The position numbers and the translations under genes were made by a program. 64,000 nucleotides of DNA from Alphaproteobacteria bacterium (lineage in GTDB: Bacteria > Pseudomonadota > Alphaproteobacteria > SHVV01): NCBI GenBank assembly GCA_965261735.1, contig OZ253470.1, positions 416,001-480,000 on the forward strand, given 5' to 3'. This document shows, in pieces, positions 31,175-41,988 of this stretch (positions are counted from its first letter, which is position 1; every line of letters begins with the position of its first letter). Below the pieces are notes generated by a model. The model ran no database searches, had not been told where the DNA came from, and was given only the letters and a program-made list of their open reading frames with translations.

Positions 31175-31955
31175 TCACGGTGAGCATGCGGAACTTCCTC
31201 CCATCGTGTGTTCGATCCATGACGAAGTCATAGGACCAGACGTGATGGGGCCAGCACGGCCGCAGACGGATGCAGGATCCGTCGTTGAGCCACAGCCGGC
31301 CCCGTTTCGGTTGCTTCTGTGGGACCTTCAGCCCCTCCCGCCGCCAGATGCGCTGGACCCGCTTGGCGTTCACGTGCCAACCTTCGGTCCTGAGCAAGGC
31401 AGTGATCCGCCGATAGCCATATCTGCCATACTGGCTGGCCAAGCGGATGATCGCGGCCGTGAGTGCCTCTTCATCATCCCAACCACGGGGTCTCTTGCGC
31501 TGGGTTGAGCGATGTTGGCCTGCAACAGCACAGGCACGTCGCTCGGAGATTCCCAATTCGGCCTGGAGATGATCAACACACTGCCGGCGACGGGCGGGGC
31601 TTAGCAATTTCCCTCAAGCGCCTCTTTCAAGATCAGCTTATCCAACGTCAGATCCGAGATCGCCTTCCGGAGACGGCCATTCTCCTTCTCCAGGTCCTTC
31701 AGACGCTTGGCCTGGTCAGTACGAAGGCCGCCATATTCCTTGCGCCAGCGATAGTAACTCTGCTCCGATACGCCGAGCGTGCGACAAGCTTGACCAATGG
31801 ACTGGCCCTGCGCCAAGGCCACCTCGGCTTCGCGCAACATGCTGATAATCTGTTCTGGGGTGTAGCGTTTACGGCTCATTTTGTCCTCCTTTCGAGGGGG
31901 CAAAATGCGCCAAACTCTCTTAACAAATCTGGACCACTTTTAGGGGGTCACTCCA
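31175..31955 (-). mobile_element. IS3 family (IS407-like) element, truncated in orfB; orfA 31601-31879
   Basis: MSRKRYTPEQII, YGRYGYRRI, WSYDFV; TG terminus at 31955. Confidence 0.88.
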
Positions 31956-32112
31956 TTGCCGTGGCACGCCGAATGTGGAGCCCATCACGCTATACTCAGC
32001 CACGTCTCGTGGGCCCGCAGACGCCGCACCTAATGCACGACGCAGATCTGCCCGCGAGGTTCGGCATGAAGCGCGCGCCGCGGCCGAAACTCGAACACCA
32101 AGGAGAGGAGCC

Positions 32113-33048
32113 ATGACCCGCAACATGATGATCGGTGGCGCCCAACTCGGGCCCATCATGCGCAACGAGCCGCGCCAAGTCGTGGTATCGCGGCTTCTGG
32201 AGCTGTTACGCGAAGCCCACGGTCGCGGCTGCGACATCGTCATCTTCCCCGAACTCGCGCTGACGAGCTTCTTCCCCCGCTGGTGGATGGAGGACGAGCG
32301 CGAAGTCGAGTCGTTTTTCGAGCGCGAGATGCCCTCGCCCGCCACCCTGCCGCTATTCGAGGAGGCCAAGGCGCTGGGCGTCGGCTTCTACCTCGGCTAT
32401 GCCGAAACGACCGAAGAAAAGGGCGAGACCAAGCACTACAACACGGCGATCCTGGTCGACAAGGGCGGGGCCATCGTCGGTAAGTATCGCAAGGTCCACC
32501 TGCCGGGACACGCCGATCACAAGCCCGACTGGCCCTTCCAGCACCTGGAGAAGCGCTACTTCGACGTGGGCGATCTCGGCTTCGGCACATGGCGCACGAT
32601 GGGTGGCGTCTTCGGCATGTGCATCTGCAACGACCGGCGCTGGCCGGAGACATATCGGGTGCTGGCGCTCAAGGGGGCGGAAGTCGTGCTTCTCGGCTAC
32701 AACACGCCAGCGAACATGCCGTGGGAGCCGATCTATAGCGACCTCACGGCCTTCCACAATCATCTGTGCATGCAGGCGGGCGCCTATCAGAACGGTGCCT
32801 GGGTGGTGGGCGTGGCCAAGGCGGGCATCGAGGAAGGCTGCGACCTGATCGGTGGCTCCATCATCGCCGCGCCGTCGGGCGAGATCGTCGCTCAGGCCGC
32901 CACCAAAGGGGACGAGCTGATCGCCGCCCGCTGCGATCTGGACCTCTGCGTGCGCGCACAGGACGCCATGTTCAATTTCGCCGTCCATCGGCGGATCGAG
33001 CACTACAAGATCATCACCGAACAGACGGGGGTCACCCCGCCGGAATAG
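32113..33048 (+). CDS. N-carbamoyl-D-amino acid amidohydrolase (nitrilase superfamily)
   Basis: AQLGPI, FPELALTSFFPRW, YRKVHLPGH, QHLEKRYF, ICNDRRWPE. Confidence 0.9.
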   Translation: MTRNMMIGGAQLGPIMRNEPRQVVVSRLLELLREAHGRGCDIVIFPELALTSFFPRWWMEDEREVESFFEREMPSPATLPLFEEAKALGVGFYLGYAETTEEKGETKHYNTAILVDKGGAIVGKYRKVHLPGHADHKPDWPFQHLEKRYFDVGDLGFGTWRTMGGVFGMCICNDRRWPETYRVLALKGAEVVLLGYNTPANMPWEPIYSDLTAFHNHLCMQAGAYQNGAWVVGVAKAGIEEGCDLIGGSIIAAPSGEIVAQAATKGDELIAARCDLDLCVRAQDAMFNFAVHRRIEHYKIITEQTGVTPPE

Positions 33049-33158
33049 GGCAAGGCCGAACGCGGTTGCGGCCACCGGGCCGCCCCGACAACTCCCCGTA
33101 CCACGGCTCGCAAATCCAAATCGACACCCCGATTGGTCGGTGGTAGCTTCGTTTCACT

Positions 33159-33845
33159 ATGGACGAAGAGCTTAGCAAGGCCCTGAGCCGGGTCTTCTCC
33201 GCCGATTCCGACCTCTACAAGAAGCGGGGATTCCAGCGCCGAATTGGCTTTGGCGAATGGCCCGCGCTCATCAATATCGATCTCGCGAACGCCTGGACGC
33301 GCCCCGGCAACGCGTTCAGTTGCGACGGCATGGACGTGATCATTCCGAGCGTCCAGAAGCTGCTGGCGGCGGCGCGCGCCAAGCGCATTCCCATCGTCTA
33401 CACGACCACCGCCTATGCCGTCACCGAAGGGCCGAATACCGACATGGGCCTGTGGCATCTCAAGATTCCGCTGGCCGTCTTGAAGCTCGGCACCGAGGGC
33501 GTTGCCATCGACGAGCGCATCGCGCCGCAGGCCGGCGAGCATGTTATCGTCAAGAAGCGGGCCAGCGCCTTTCACGGCACCTATCTCGCCGGCTTCCTGA
33601 GGGCGGCCGGGGTGGATACGGTCATCATCACCGGTACGACCGTCAGCGCGTGCGTCCGCCACACGACCGAAGATGCGATCGCCGAGGGGTTCCGGCCGAT
33701 TGTCGTCCGCGAGGCGGTGGGCGACCGGGTGGCCGGCGTCGTCGACTGGAACCTCTTCGACATTGACGCGAAGTTCGGCGACGTGGAGCCCCTCGAGCGG
33801 GTGCTCGACTACCTCGGTCAGGCCAAGGTGGAAACCGGTGCTTGA
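33159..33845 (+). CDS. Isochorismatase-family amidohydrolase (N-carbamoylsarcosine amidase/maleamate amidohydrolase-like)
   Basis: RIGFG..PALINID, KKRASAFHGT, SACVRHT..DA. Confidence 0.85.
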   Translation: MDEELSKALSRVFSADSDLYKKRGFQRRIGFGEWPALINIDLANAWTRPGNAFSCDGMDVIIPSVQKLLAAARAKRIPIVYTTTAYAVTEGPNTDMGLWHLKIPLAVLKLGTEGVAIDERIAPQAGEHVIVKKRASAFHGTYLAGFLRAAGVDTVIITGTTVSACVRHTTEDAIAEGFRPIVVREAVGDRVAGVVDWNLFDIDAKFGDVEPLERVLDYLGQAKVETGA

Positions 33846-33899
33846 ATCCGCGACGGCGCCGACTGCGCATGCACCGTTACAGGCGAACGGGGGCTTGAC

Positions 33900-34038
33900 T
33901 TGATTCGGATGGGCGTGGATGTCGGGGGAACGTTCACCGACCTCGTACTCGTCAACGACGAGAAGGGGACGATAGACCTCAACAAGGTTCCCACCACCCC
34001 GGATGACCCCTCGATCGGTACCATTGGCGGGGCACTAG
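33900..34038 (+). pseudogene. Hydantoinase/oxoprolinase A subunit N-terminus, cut by IS1182
   Basis: GVDVGGTFTDL...KVPTTPDDPS. Confidence 0.85.
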
Positions 34039-35685
34039 GAGCGTGCGCCGTAGAAGTTTTGATGTTGGGTGATTGGCGCGCGGCCGCCGGAGAGGTGGGA
34101 TTTTGGCCCGAGTGTGGATATCTGGCCCGCCCGACTCTGGGATGGAAATCCCAGACCGGAAGGCCGGAAGGGAAGAGATTCGCGTTTCATACGCGGTCGA
34201 TGGGCACTGCGCGCCCCGGATCAAGTGCGTTGGCAGGCCAGCACCTGCCTCAGCACGTGGCCACCGTCCCCATCCGCTTGATGTTCAACGCCAAGCACAC
34301 GAGGTCCCACTCGCCGCGCACCTTCGCCAAGCCTCGCAGGCTGAATCGTCGGAATCCGAGCACCTCCTTGATCCACCCGTTCGGCGCCTCCGAGAGCCAC
34401 TTGCGTTGCGCGTACCGGGCTTTGCCCGCGGGACTCGCCAGTTTCTCACCCATGCGGTGCGTGGCAGGGAGCCGGGCCGGGTCGACCGCCACCTGGGACT
34501 TGCCTTCACGCCCCAGCGCTACGTGCGCGTCGATGCCGCGATCTTCCAGCTCCAACAGATCCGGCTCGTTGCAGTAGCCCGCATCGGCCAGTACCACCGC
34601 AGGCTCGACCCCAAACGTCTCGTTGATCTCGTCGAGCATCCCCACCAGCTGACCCTGGTCGCTGGCCTGTGGCCCCACCTGAGTCGCGACGATGATCTGG
34701 TGCTCCCCATCGACCGCCATCTGCGCGTTGTAGCACTGCTGGAACCCCTCGCTGCTGGTCTTCATGATCTGGCTCTCGGGATCGGTGAAATTGCTCTGCG
34801 CCTTCGGCTCGGGCTCGCCGTAGGCCCGCTTGTAAGGCCGCCCGCCCCGGGGATTGCGGTCCTGCCCCGGCTCGCGCCCGCGCTCATCGTCGCGCCCGCG
34901 TTGCGCCGCCTCCAAACGCGCTTTGGCTGCCTGGATCGCCGCCAGGCGCTTCTCCCTGCGTTGCAACTCCTCGGGCAACTCGTCGCCCCGGAAATCCTCG
35001 CCCCAACGCTCGTCTTCTTCGGCGTCCACCATCCCCGCCGTCGTCAGCAGCGCCTCGATCTCCGCCTGCAAGCGAGCCGCCTCTTTGCCCATCCGCTCAT
35101 AGCTCATCGCCTTGCGCTTGCTCGCGTTCGCTCGCACCTTCGTCCCGTCGACCGAGAGCTTGCCGAACCGCGCCAGTCCCATCTCGCGCGCCACCTGCAC
35201 CACCCCCACAAACAGCTCGCTGAACTCCGCCAGATGTCGGCGTCGGAACTCACATACCGTGCGATGTTGCGGGAAGTTGCCCGCCGCGAGCATCCTAAAC
35301 GCTACATCCTCCTCCAGCTTCCTCGCCACCGCGCGCGAGGAGAATGTGCCCGTCGCGTAGGCATAGATCAGCACCTTGACCATCATCGACGGCTCGTAGG
35401 GGGCGTTGCGTCGACCGTCCCCCTCGTAGGGCGCATAGAACGCCGTCAAGTCCAGTGCATCGACCACATCGCTGACGTGATGAGCCAGGTGCCCTGGGGA
35501 AACCCACTCCTGCAAGTCCGGCGGCAAAAGCAAGGGTTGGTCCGGCTGGTAGGCACGAAACGTGGTCGGCATCGGGAGTTCCCACACGCAACTGGCGTAT
35601 CGGATCATACTTCCCCCTGCGCAAATCCACCCACAACCCGTCCGCTATCAACTTTGCCGCGCGGACCTTTCTGCGGCGCACGCTC
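34039..35685 (-). mobile_element. IS1182 family element (transposase 34250-35572)
   Basis: IR GAGCGTGCGCCG, CTAG on both flanks; LLPPDL, VDGTKVRANAS, NFTDPES, LADAGY. Confidence 0.92.
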
Positions 35686-35738
35686 CTAGCGGCCTTTCGA
35701 CGGCAACGACGATCCCGCCGCGTGAAATCCGCTGGCGT

Positions 35739-35996
35739 ATGGACCCGTTTCTTGATTTTCTGGGTCACCCGATTACTACTCACGGCAGTGCATTCGCGTT
35801 CGGAGTGGCATCGCCGTACATCGTGAGGATTATCGTGTTTTTCAGACGGATGTTAGGGGTGCTTGAGGCTATCCGAGATCATCTCGCTGCGAGTCGAGTC
35901 CAGCAAGCGCGGATAGAGCAGTCGTTGGACAAAATCGAGCGCCTTGTCGAAGATGGCAAGATCGCCGAGAACGCTACCAGGCCTTCATCAAACTGA
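35739..35996 (+). CDS. Small hypothetical membrane/coiled-coil protein
   Basis: Hydrophobic N-half followed by a heptad-like tail. Confidence 0.4.
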   Translation: MDPFLDFLGHPITTHGSAFAFGVASPYIVRIIVFFRRMLGVLEAIRDHLAASRVQQARIEQSLDKIERLVEDGKIAENATRPSSN

Positions 35997-36208
35997 TTGT
36001 TACTCTCGGTTATAATTCTCAAACGCCCCCCTGTTTGCCGCGTCGTCAAGTCTTGTATGTAAGTCCCTAATATTGGGGGGAAAAGGTTGCCTGCTTGACA
36101 ACAGCCACGCTCGATGGCGATCAGGCCAAAACCTGCACGCGCGAGAGACGCCGGCACCGCTGCGTCTGCCAGGCGAACGCCGGGAGTGCGCGAGGGCGGC
36201 CGACAGGC

Positions 36209-36420
36209 TTCAGGCCCCGGCCAGTTCGTCGATCCGGTCGGCGATGCGCTGCGCGCCCTCGCGCAGTCGCTCCATGGTCCAGTCCGCCGCATGGCCCCCG
36301 GTCACATCCCGGGGCCGGGCGCTGTTGACCAGCCGCCCGGTCAGTTTGCCGGGCAGCTCCAGCTCGTGCTCCGCCACGGCGATGAAGCACGTGCGAAGCG
36401 CGTGGAACCAGAACCGCGGC
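36209..36420 (-). pseudogene. Tyrosine integrase C-terminal remnant
   Basis: FWFHALRTCFIAVAE...RLVNSARPRDVTGGHAADW...QRIADRIDEL. Confidence 0.65.
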
Positions 36421-36432
36421 AGATTTTATCCA

Positions 36433-38356
36433 CTAGCGATGATACTCGCGTAATAGGATTAGAACCCTGTCCAGACCGGTCTGTGTTGTTTTCCAATGGA
36501 ACGGCGTCTGGTCGCGGGTGCGCACCTTAAGTGCCGCACGGTAGGCGGCCACGGCCTGCTCTAGCAGGCTGCTGAAAAAGTCCTCGCCTTTGCAGTTGTG
36601 ACATGATTCTGTGATTCCTTCGAGTGATGGAGGATGGCATGCGGGGTCGAGATCAAAGCAGTGGCAATTTATTCAGCTACGTAGACTTGGAAGAGCGTGT
36701 TCCGGATGATCATCCGCTGCGTCTGATCCGTGAGATCGTGAACGACGTATTGGGGTCTCTATCTTCGGAGTTCGAGACGCTTTATTCCCACATGGGTCGC
36801 CCATCGATCCCGCCGGAGAAGCTTCTTCGAGCGTTACTGTTGCAGGCGTTTTATTCGATCCGCTCGCAGCGTCAGCTGATGGAGCAGCTAAACTTCAACA
36901 TGCTGTTTTGCTGGTTTGTGGGGCTTGGGCTGGACGATGGCGTGTGGGACGCCAGCGCGTTCTGCCACAACCGGGACCGTCTTCTGGAGGCGGAGGTTTC
37001 GGGGCAGCTGCTTGCGGGGGTTATCCAGCACCACAAGGTAGGGGGACTATTGAGCCGGGATCATTTTTCGGTAGACGGAACATTGATCGAGGCCTGGGCG
37101 TCGATGAAGAGCTTTCGTCCCAAAGGTGAGGACGATGGCGACGGGGGATCGGGGCGCAACGCCGCGCGGGATTTTCATGGCGAGAAACGCTCGAACGCGA
37201 CCCATGCAAGCACCACTGATCCGGACGCCCGGCTTTATCGCAAGGGTAATGGCCGGGAAAGCAAGCTGTGTTACATGGGCCATGCGCTGACGGAGAACCG
37301 CCATGGTCTGGCAGTCGGCGGCGGCGTGACCATTGCGTCGGGCACGGCGGAACGCGAAGCCGCCTTTGATCTGATCGACAGGCATCGCCCGGTGGAGAGT
37401 AGAGGCGGGCGGCGTCGGATCACGGTGGGCGGGGACAAGGGTTTTGACGTCGCGGATTTTGTCGAGGAACTGCGGCACCGCAAGGTGACCCCCCATATCG
37501 CCGTCCAGGACCACGTCACCAAGACCGGCAAGCGGCGCAAGACCAAGATAGACGGGCGCACGACGCGCCATCCCGGTTACGGCGTCAGCCAACGTTGCCG
37601 CAAGCGCATCGAGGAGGTCTTCGGCTGGGTCAAGACGAGCGCGGGATTGAGCAAGACCAAATTCCGGGGCCGCCACCGGGTCGACGCTTCGTTCACCCTG
37701 GCCTTGGCCGCCTACAACCTCGTCCGACTACCCAGACTGCTGGCGGAGGCGCCAACATGACGGGCGATGCCGGCACGCCGCTGACCGCAAAGTGGCAGAT
37801 CATCGAACTGGACGAAGCCCAGGGCATCGGATCGGTCGAGATTGAAGACGGTTTCACCCTAAGACACGAAATCTCATTTCATTTCGGCGATGAATCCGAG
37901 TTCAAGGCCCGGCAATGATGACTTTTTCAGCAGCCTGCTAGATATTTTTGCCCTCCGCCTCGTTGCCCCAAAGCCATCAGGGCACCACCGAGATTGTTTT
38001 GTGTTGTTGACCAATCGTGAGGCTCACGCTCGCGGGTACGAACCTCGAGCGCCGCACGGTAGGCAACCACGGCTTGCTTCAGGAATCTGGTGCCTGTGTC
38101 AGTATCTTGCTCTGCTAGTGCCTTCAAGGTGTTACCCAATTTGGTCTGTATGGACGCCCAATCGAGCGGGGCCTGTTCCCGAAGGAGTTCCTTGAGCGCC
38201 GCCCGATGGGCGACCACGGCCTGCTTCAGAAGGTCGGGGTCTTTCTTCCCGTAGCCTAAGGCCCACAAGGCGTCGCCGAGATTGGTCTGTAATGCCCAAT
38301 CGAGCGGGACCTGTTCGCGCTTGTACACCTCAAGCACCGCGCGGTAGGCGGCCACG
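36433..38356 (-). pseudogene. TPR-repeat protein split by IS5 and truncated by IS21
   Basis: Repeats of QAV.AYRAAL.V.TRE..P.DW...Q.NLG on both sides of the IS5. Confidence 0.8.
36565..37937 (+). mobile_element. IS5 family element (transposase 36639-37760, short passenger ORF 37757-37918)
   Basis: IR CAGGCTGCTGAAAAAGTC, CTAG DR; HFSVDGTLIEAWAS, DKGFD, RKRIEEVFGW. Confidence 0.93.
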
Positions 38357-38572
38357 TGTCAATTGCGACTGAAAATTTCCCACTTTTGTCGATCGAAATA
38401 TTTCTCACTTTGAGCGTTCGGTCGTACCCCCAGACGCGGTGTTTGGGGTGTCGGACTTGGTCGAGCTGTAGGTAACCGGGTTGGCGCAGCGACCGCCAAG
38501 AGTCTGGCGGCGACAACCCGGTTATCCACAGCGGGCGGGTGTCACCGCTCCTGTCTCCGTTTGAGCCGGCGA

Positions 38573-39370
38573 TCACGCGGCGGCTCTTTTCCTGCGTCGA
38601 TCCGAGCCGGACTGCAGCAGGTTCTGATGCTCCTTCATCCGGTAGCTGTTGCCCCGGATGTTGACGATGTGGCAGTGGTGCACAAGGCGGTCGATGAGAG
38701 CCGCCGCCATGACCTCGTCGCCGAGCACGCCACCCCAGTCCTCGAAACCCTTGTTCGACGTCAGCACAGTCGACGCCCTCTCGTGCCGGGCGTTGATGAG
38801 CTGGAAGAAGAGCACGGCGCCGTCCTGGTTGACCGGCAGGTAGCCGATCTCGTCGACCACCAGCAGGGCCGGATGGGTGAGCACGCGCAGCCGCCGGGTC
38901 AGATTGCCGGCGGCCTTGGCCTCGGTGAGGGACTCGATCAGCGCCGCGAGCGTGCCGTAGTAGACGCGCCGGCCGGCCTCGGCCGCCGCGATCGCGAGGC
39001 TGATCGCCAAGTGCGTTTTCCCGACGCCTGGTGGGCCGAGCAGGATCACGTTCTCGCCGCGGTCCAGGAAGCCGAGCTCGTGCAAGCTCTCGATCTGCTC
39101 GCGCTTGATGCTGGGCTGGAAGGCGAAGTCGAACTGATCGAGCGTCTTCACAGCCGGCAGCCGCGAAGAGCGCATGGCGGTCTGGAGACGGCGGTTGTTG
39201 CGCAGCACGATCTGGGCGTTCAGCAACTGCTCGATGGCCTCGGCCGCCGAGATCGTGCCGCCGTCGGCGTCCGAGAGGATGCCGTCGACGGCCTCCAGCG
39301 CGCCCGGCATCTTGAGGTCCGCCAGCATTGCCCGCAGCCGGTCGCGCCGGGCCGGCGCCGGAGCGTTCAT
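38573..39370 (-). CDS. istB: IS21 helper ATPase IstB
   Basis: GPPGVGKT, LVVDEIGY, TSNK, IDRLVHH, GNSYR. Confidence 0.93.
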   Translation of the reverse strand: MNAPAPARRDRLRAMLADLKMPGALEAVDGILSDADGGTISAAEAIEQLLNAQIVLRNNRRLQTAMRSSRLPAVKTLDQFDFAFQPSIKREQIESLHELGFLDRGENVILLGPPGVGKTHLAISLAIAAAEAGRRVYYGTLAALIESLTEAKAAGNLTRRLRVLTHPALLVVDEIGYLPVNQDGAVLFFQLINARHERASTVLTSNKGFEDWGGVLGDEVMAAALIDRLVHHCHIVNIRGNSYRMKEHQNLLQSGSDRRRKRAAA

Positions 39371-39931
39371 TGCAGCGCCTCCGCATAGACACTAAGCGGT
39401 CGCTGCTCGACCTTCACGGTTGCCGGCAGTCGCCGCGGCGCGGGCTCCGGAGCATGCCGGACGCCGAGACGTCGATAGGGATGGTTCGCCAAGGGGAGAA
39501 GCACCGCTCGCTCGTCGCGCTCGAAGCGGTCGACAGGACGCTCCCCGGTCGTGGCATGCCGGCGGACGTTGGCTGTGCCCTCCAGCCAGCGCACGGCCTG
39601 CTCGTTGAGATCGTTGTCATTCGCAAACGAGCGGCCGTAGAAGAAGCTCTCGCGGATGTAGCGGATCGGGCGCTCCACTTTGCCCTTGGTCTGGGCCCGA
39701 TAGGGTCGGCACGAGCGCGGCATGAACCCCCAGTGCGCGGCGAACCGCAGAAACTCCTCGTTCAGCACCAGGCCGCCGCCGGCCCCGCGGTCGTCGGACA
39801 GCACCACGGCGCGCATCTGGTCGAACAGCAGCTCCTCCGGAACCCCGCCGAACCGGTCGAAGGCGCTCTCCAGACCTTCCATCAGGACCGGCATGGTCTG
39901 CCGAGTATAGAAGTGCAGCCACAGCAGCCGG
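39367..39931 (-). pseudogene. istA: IstA transposase, C-terminal half
   Basis: FGGVPEELLFDQM, CRPYRAQTKGKVER. Confidence 0.88.
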
Positions 39932-40035
39932 GTGAAGGCGTCGTTGGGCGACACCGTGGCAAACACCTTGCGTACGAACAGGGACAGGTCCGAGCGCAGG
40001 ATGGCATCGAGTTCAATGTAGCTCACCGCCGTCAC
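39932..40035 (-). pseudogene. N-terminal stub of a probable terminase large subunit-like gene
   Basis: ILRSDLSLFVRKVFATVSP directly after the DUF5681 gene. Confidence 0.55.
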
Positions 40036-40493
40036 CGTCCTCTCCTGCAGGTTTACGGCTGGCTTCGCCATTCTCTTGATGGTTCTCCCGACGCTTCCGT
40101 GCGCCGTGTGGCTTCTGCACCACTCCGGCCTGCCGCAACACCTTCTCGTCGTGCGCCTTCACGATCTCGGTGTCGGCCGCGTCCAGCCTGGTGGCCGCTT
40201 CGGCCATCTCTTCGTCGTCGTTGTAGAGCCGGGCGAGTCCGATCAAACTATCGAGCGCACGCACCTCCCCGCCGAGCGCCTTCTCGCGCAGCCGCATCAG
40301 GGCTGCATGCTGGGTCGATACGGTTTTGGCCTTGCCGTGATGGGTGACGCGGATCGGTTCCTCCAGCGTTTTTCAGATCCGTCGAGAAGTTGCGGCTTCC
40401 CCTGGGCCGGCCCCTTGGATTGCCGGATTGCCCCTTCTTGAACAGCGAGTGCCTGGGTGGCTTGCCATAGCCGACATCTTGGTCACGTCCCAT
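40013..40493 (-). pseudogene. DUF5681 protein (terminase small subunit-like), frameshifted near 40370
   Basis: VGYGKPP...FKKGQSGNPRGRPRG; second frame KALGGEVRA. Confidence 0.75.
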
Positions 40494-40502
40494 GTGAACC
40501 TC

Positions 40503-41801
40503 CTATTCGAGATCGGTCAGCGTTCTACCGCTATTCAGGTGCACGGGATCGTCCTCCGTGAACGTGCGGTATCGTCTCAGTGCGGTGTCGATGTATCCGG
40601 GGTCGACCTCAACGCCGTAACCGCGGCGCCCCGCGCGTTCGGCGGCGATGATGGTAGTACCCGATCCCGCAAAGGGGTCGAGCACGATCCCGCCGCGGCG
40701 CGAGCAATCGAGAACGGCGTCCTCGACCATGGCGACCGGTTTGACCGTCGGGTGCATTGCCAGTTGAGCGTCCCGATCGTTGCCGAATACGTTGACCCCG
40801 GCATAGTCCCAGACGTTCGTGCGGTTGCGCCCGTAGGCGCCGAGGTCGATGTTGTTGATGTGCGGCCCGGTCCCGGCCTTGAATACCGGGATGAACTCGT
40901 GCTTGGACCGATAGAGGGCGCCCATCCCGCCGTTCGTCTTGTTCCAGACGCAAATGTTCTTCAGCTCGGTGTAGACGCCACGCCCCACCGTCAACAGCTC
41001 GCGGATATGGCGCCAGTCCATGCAGATGTAATGGATGGCGCCGTCGCGGCTGTGCGTGTACAGGTGCTGCAGGACGGTTTCGAGGAAGTTTGAGAATTCG
41101 GCCTCGGACATCTCGCCCGATGCCATGGCGAACTCCTTGTGTCGCACACGCCCAAGTCCGCAGACATTGCCGTCGATCGGGACGTTGTAGGGTGGGTCCG
41201 TGAACACCATTTGGGCCAATTCGCCGTCGAGCAGCGTCTCGAAGGAACGCGGGTCCCTTGCATCCCCACACAGGAGCCGATGCTTGCCGAGTTGCCAGAG
41301 ATCGCCCGGAGCGGTCAGCGGCGGTGCATCGGCTTCGATCTCCGGCATAAGGTCTGCGTCGTCATCCGCCTCCACGGGGCCGATGATGAGCCCGTCGATC
41401 TCAGCCGTGTTGAAACCGGTAACCTCGATATCGAAGTCGAGCTCGATCGCGGTGAGCGCTTTGAGCTCGATCGAGAGAAGCTCCTCGTCCCAGCCGGCCA
41501 GCTCGGCCAGGCGGTTGTCGGCAATGATGTAGGCACGAACCTGTGCTTCGGTGAGGTCGCCCAGCCGGATCGCCGGAATCTCCTCCAGCCCGAGCAGCTT
41601 CGCCGCTTCCAGACGCCCGTGGCCCGCCACGACCCGCCGGCTCTCGTCGATGAGTACTGGGTTCGTCCAGCCAAAGATCTGGATCGACTGAGCAATCTGC
41701 CGGATCTGCTCCTTCGTATGCGTACGGGCGTTACCCGCATACGGCTTCAGGGTGGAGACCGCTATACGCTCGACCTTTAGGTCGCGAATGCGCTCAGACA
41801 T
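40503..41801 (-). CDS. ParB/Srx-like N-domain fused to an N4/N6 DNA methyltransferase
   Basis: NARTH, FGWTNPVL, AGHGR, ADNRLAE; TDPPY, HPTVKP, LDPFAGSGTT. Confidence 0.9.
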   Translation of the reverse strand: MSERIRDLKVERIAVSTLKPYAGNARTHTKEQIRQIAQSIQIFGWTNPVLIDESRRVVAGHGRLEAAKLLGLEEIPAIRLGDLTEAQVRAYIIADNRLAELAGWDEELLSIELKALTAIELDFDIEVTGFNTAEIDGLIIGPVEADDDADLMPEIEADAPPLTAPGDLWQLGKHRLLCGDARDPRSFETLLDGELAQMVFTDPPYNVPIDGNVCGLGRVRHKEFAMASGEMSEAEFSNFLETVLQHLYTHSRDGAIHYICMDWRHIRELLTVGRGVYTELKNICVWNKTNGGMGALYRSKHEFIPVFKAGTGPHINNIDLGAYGRNRTNVWDYAGVNVFGNDRDAQLAMHPTVKPVAMVEDAVLDCSRRGGIVLDPFAGSGTTIIAAERAGRRGYGVEVDPGYIDTALRRYRTFTEDDPVHLNSGRTLTDLE

Positions 41802-41988
41802 CGGATGAACTCCGGGTGTCGCCGAAATCGTCGGGAACGGCGTTGCATGACGCTGCCGGAACGCCGGCGTCAGGGATGGTCGATTGGAACTCGGCTCTTT
41901 GCCTTGGCGCGTCGTACCGGATCACCGGTCACCTCCCTGTCTCCGTTGACTGGAGACCCAAGGTGGCGTGATCCTTGGCTGGTTTCAT

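Larger units (their letters stand above)
38357..39931 (-). mobile_element. IS21 family element, left part deleted
   Basis: TGTCAA terminus with tandem AAAT..C.CACTTT repeats; istA C-half and istB. Confidence 0.9.

Noticed and set aside
34113-34121. TGTGGATAT in IS1182 as another hairpin copy
   Set aside because: DnaA-like 9-mer only; no complementary arm
34073-35689. Long + strand ORF of 538 aa and similar shadow ORFs (58611-59852, 56353-57378)
   Set aside because: Antisense to well-supported genes; expected in high-GC DNA
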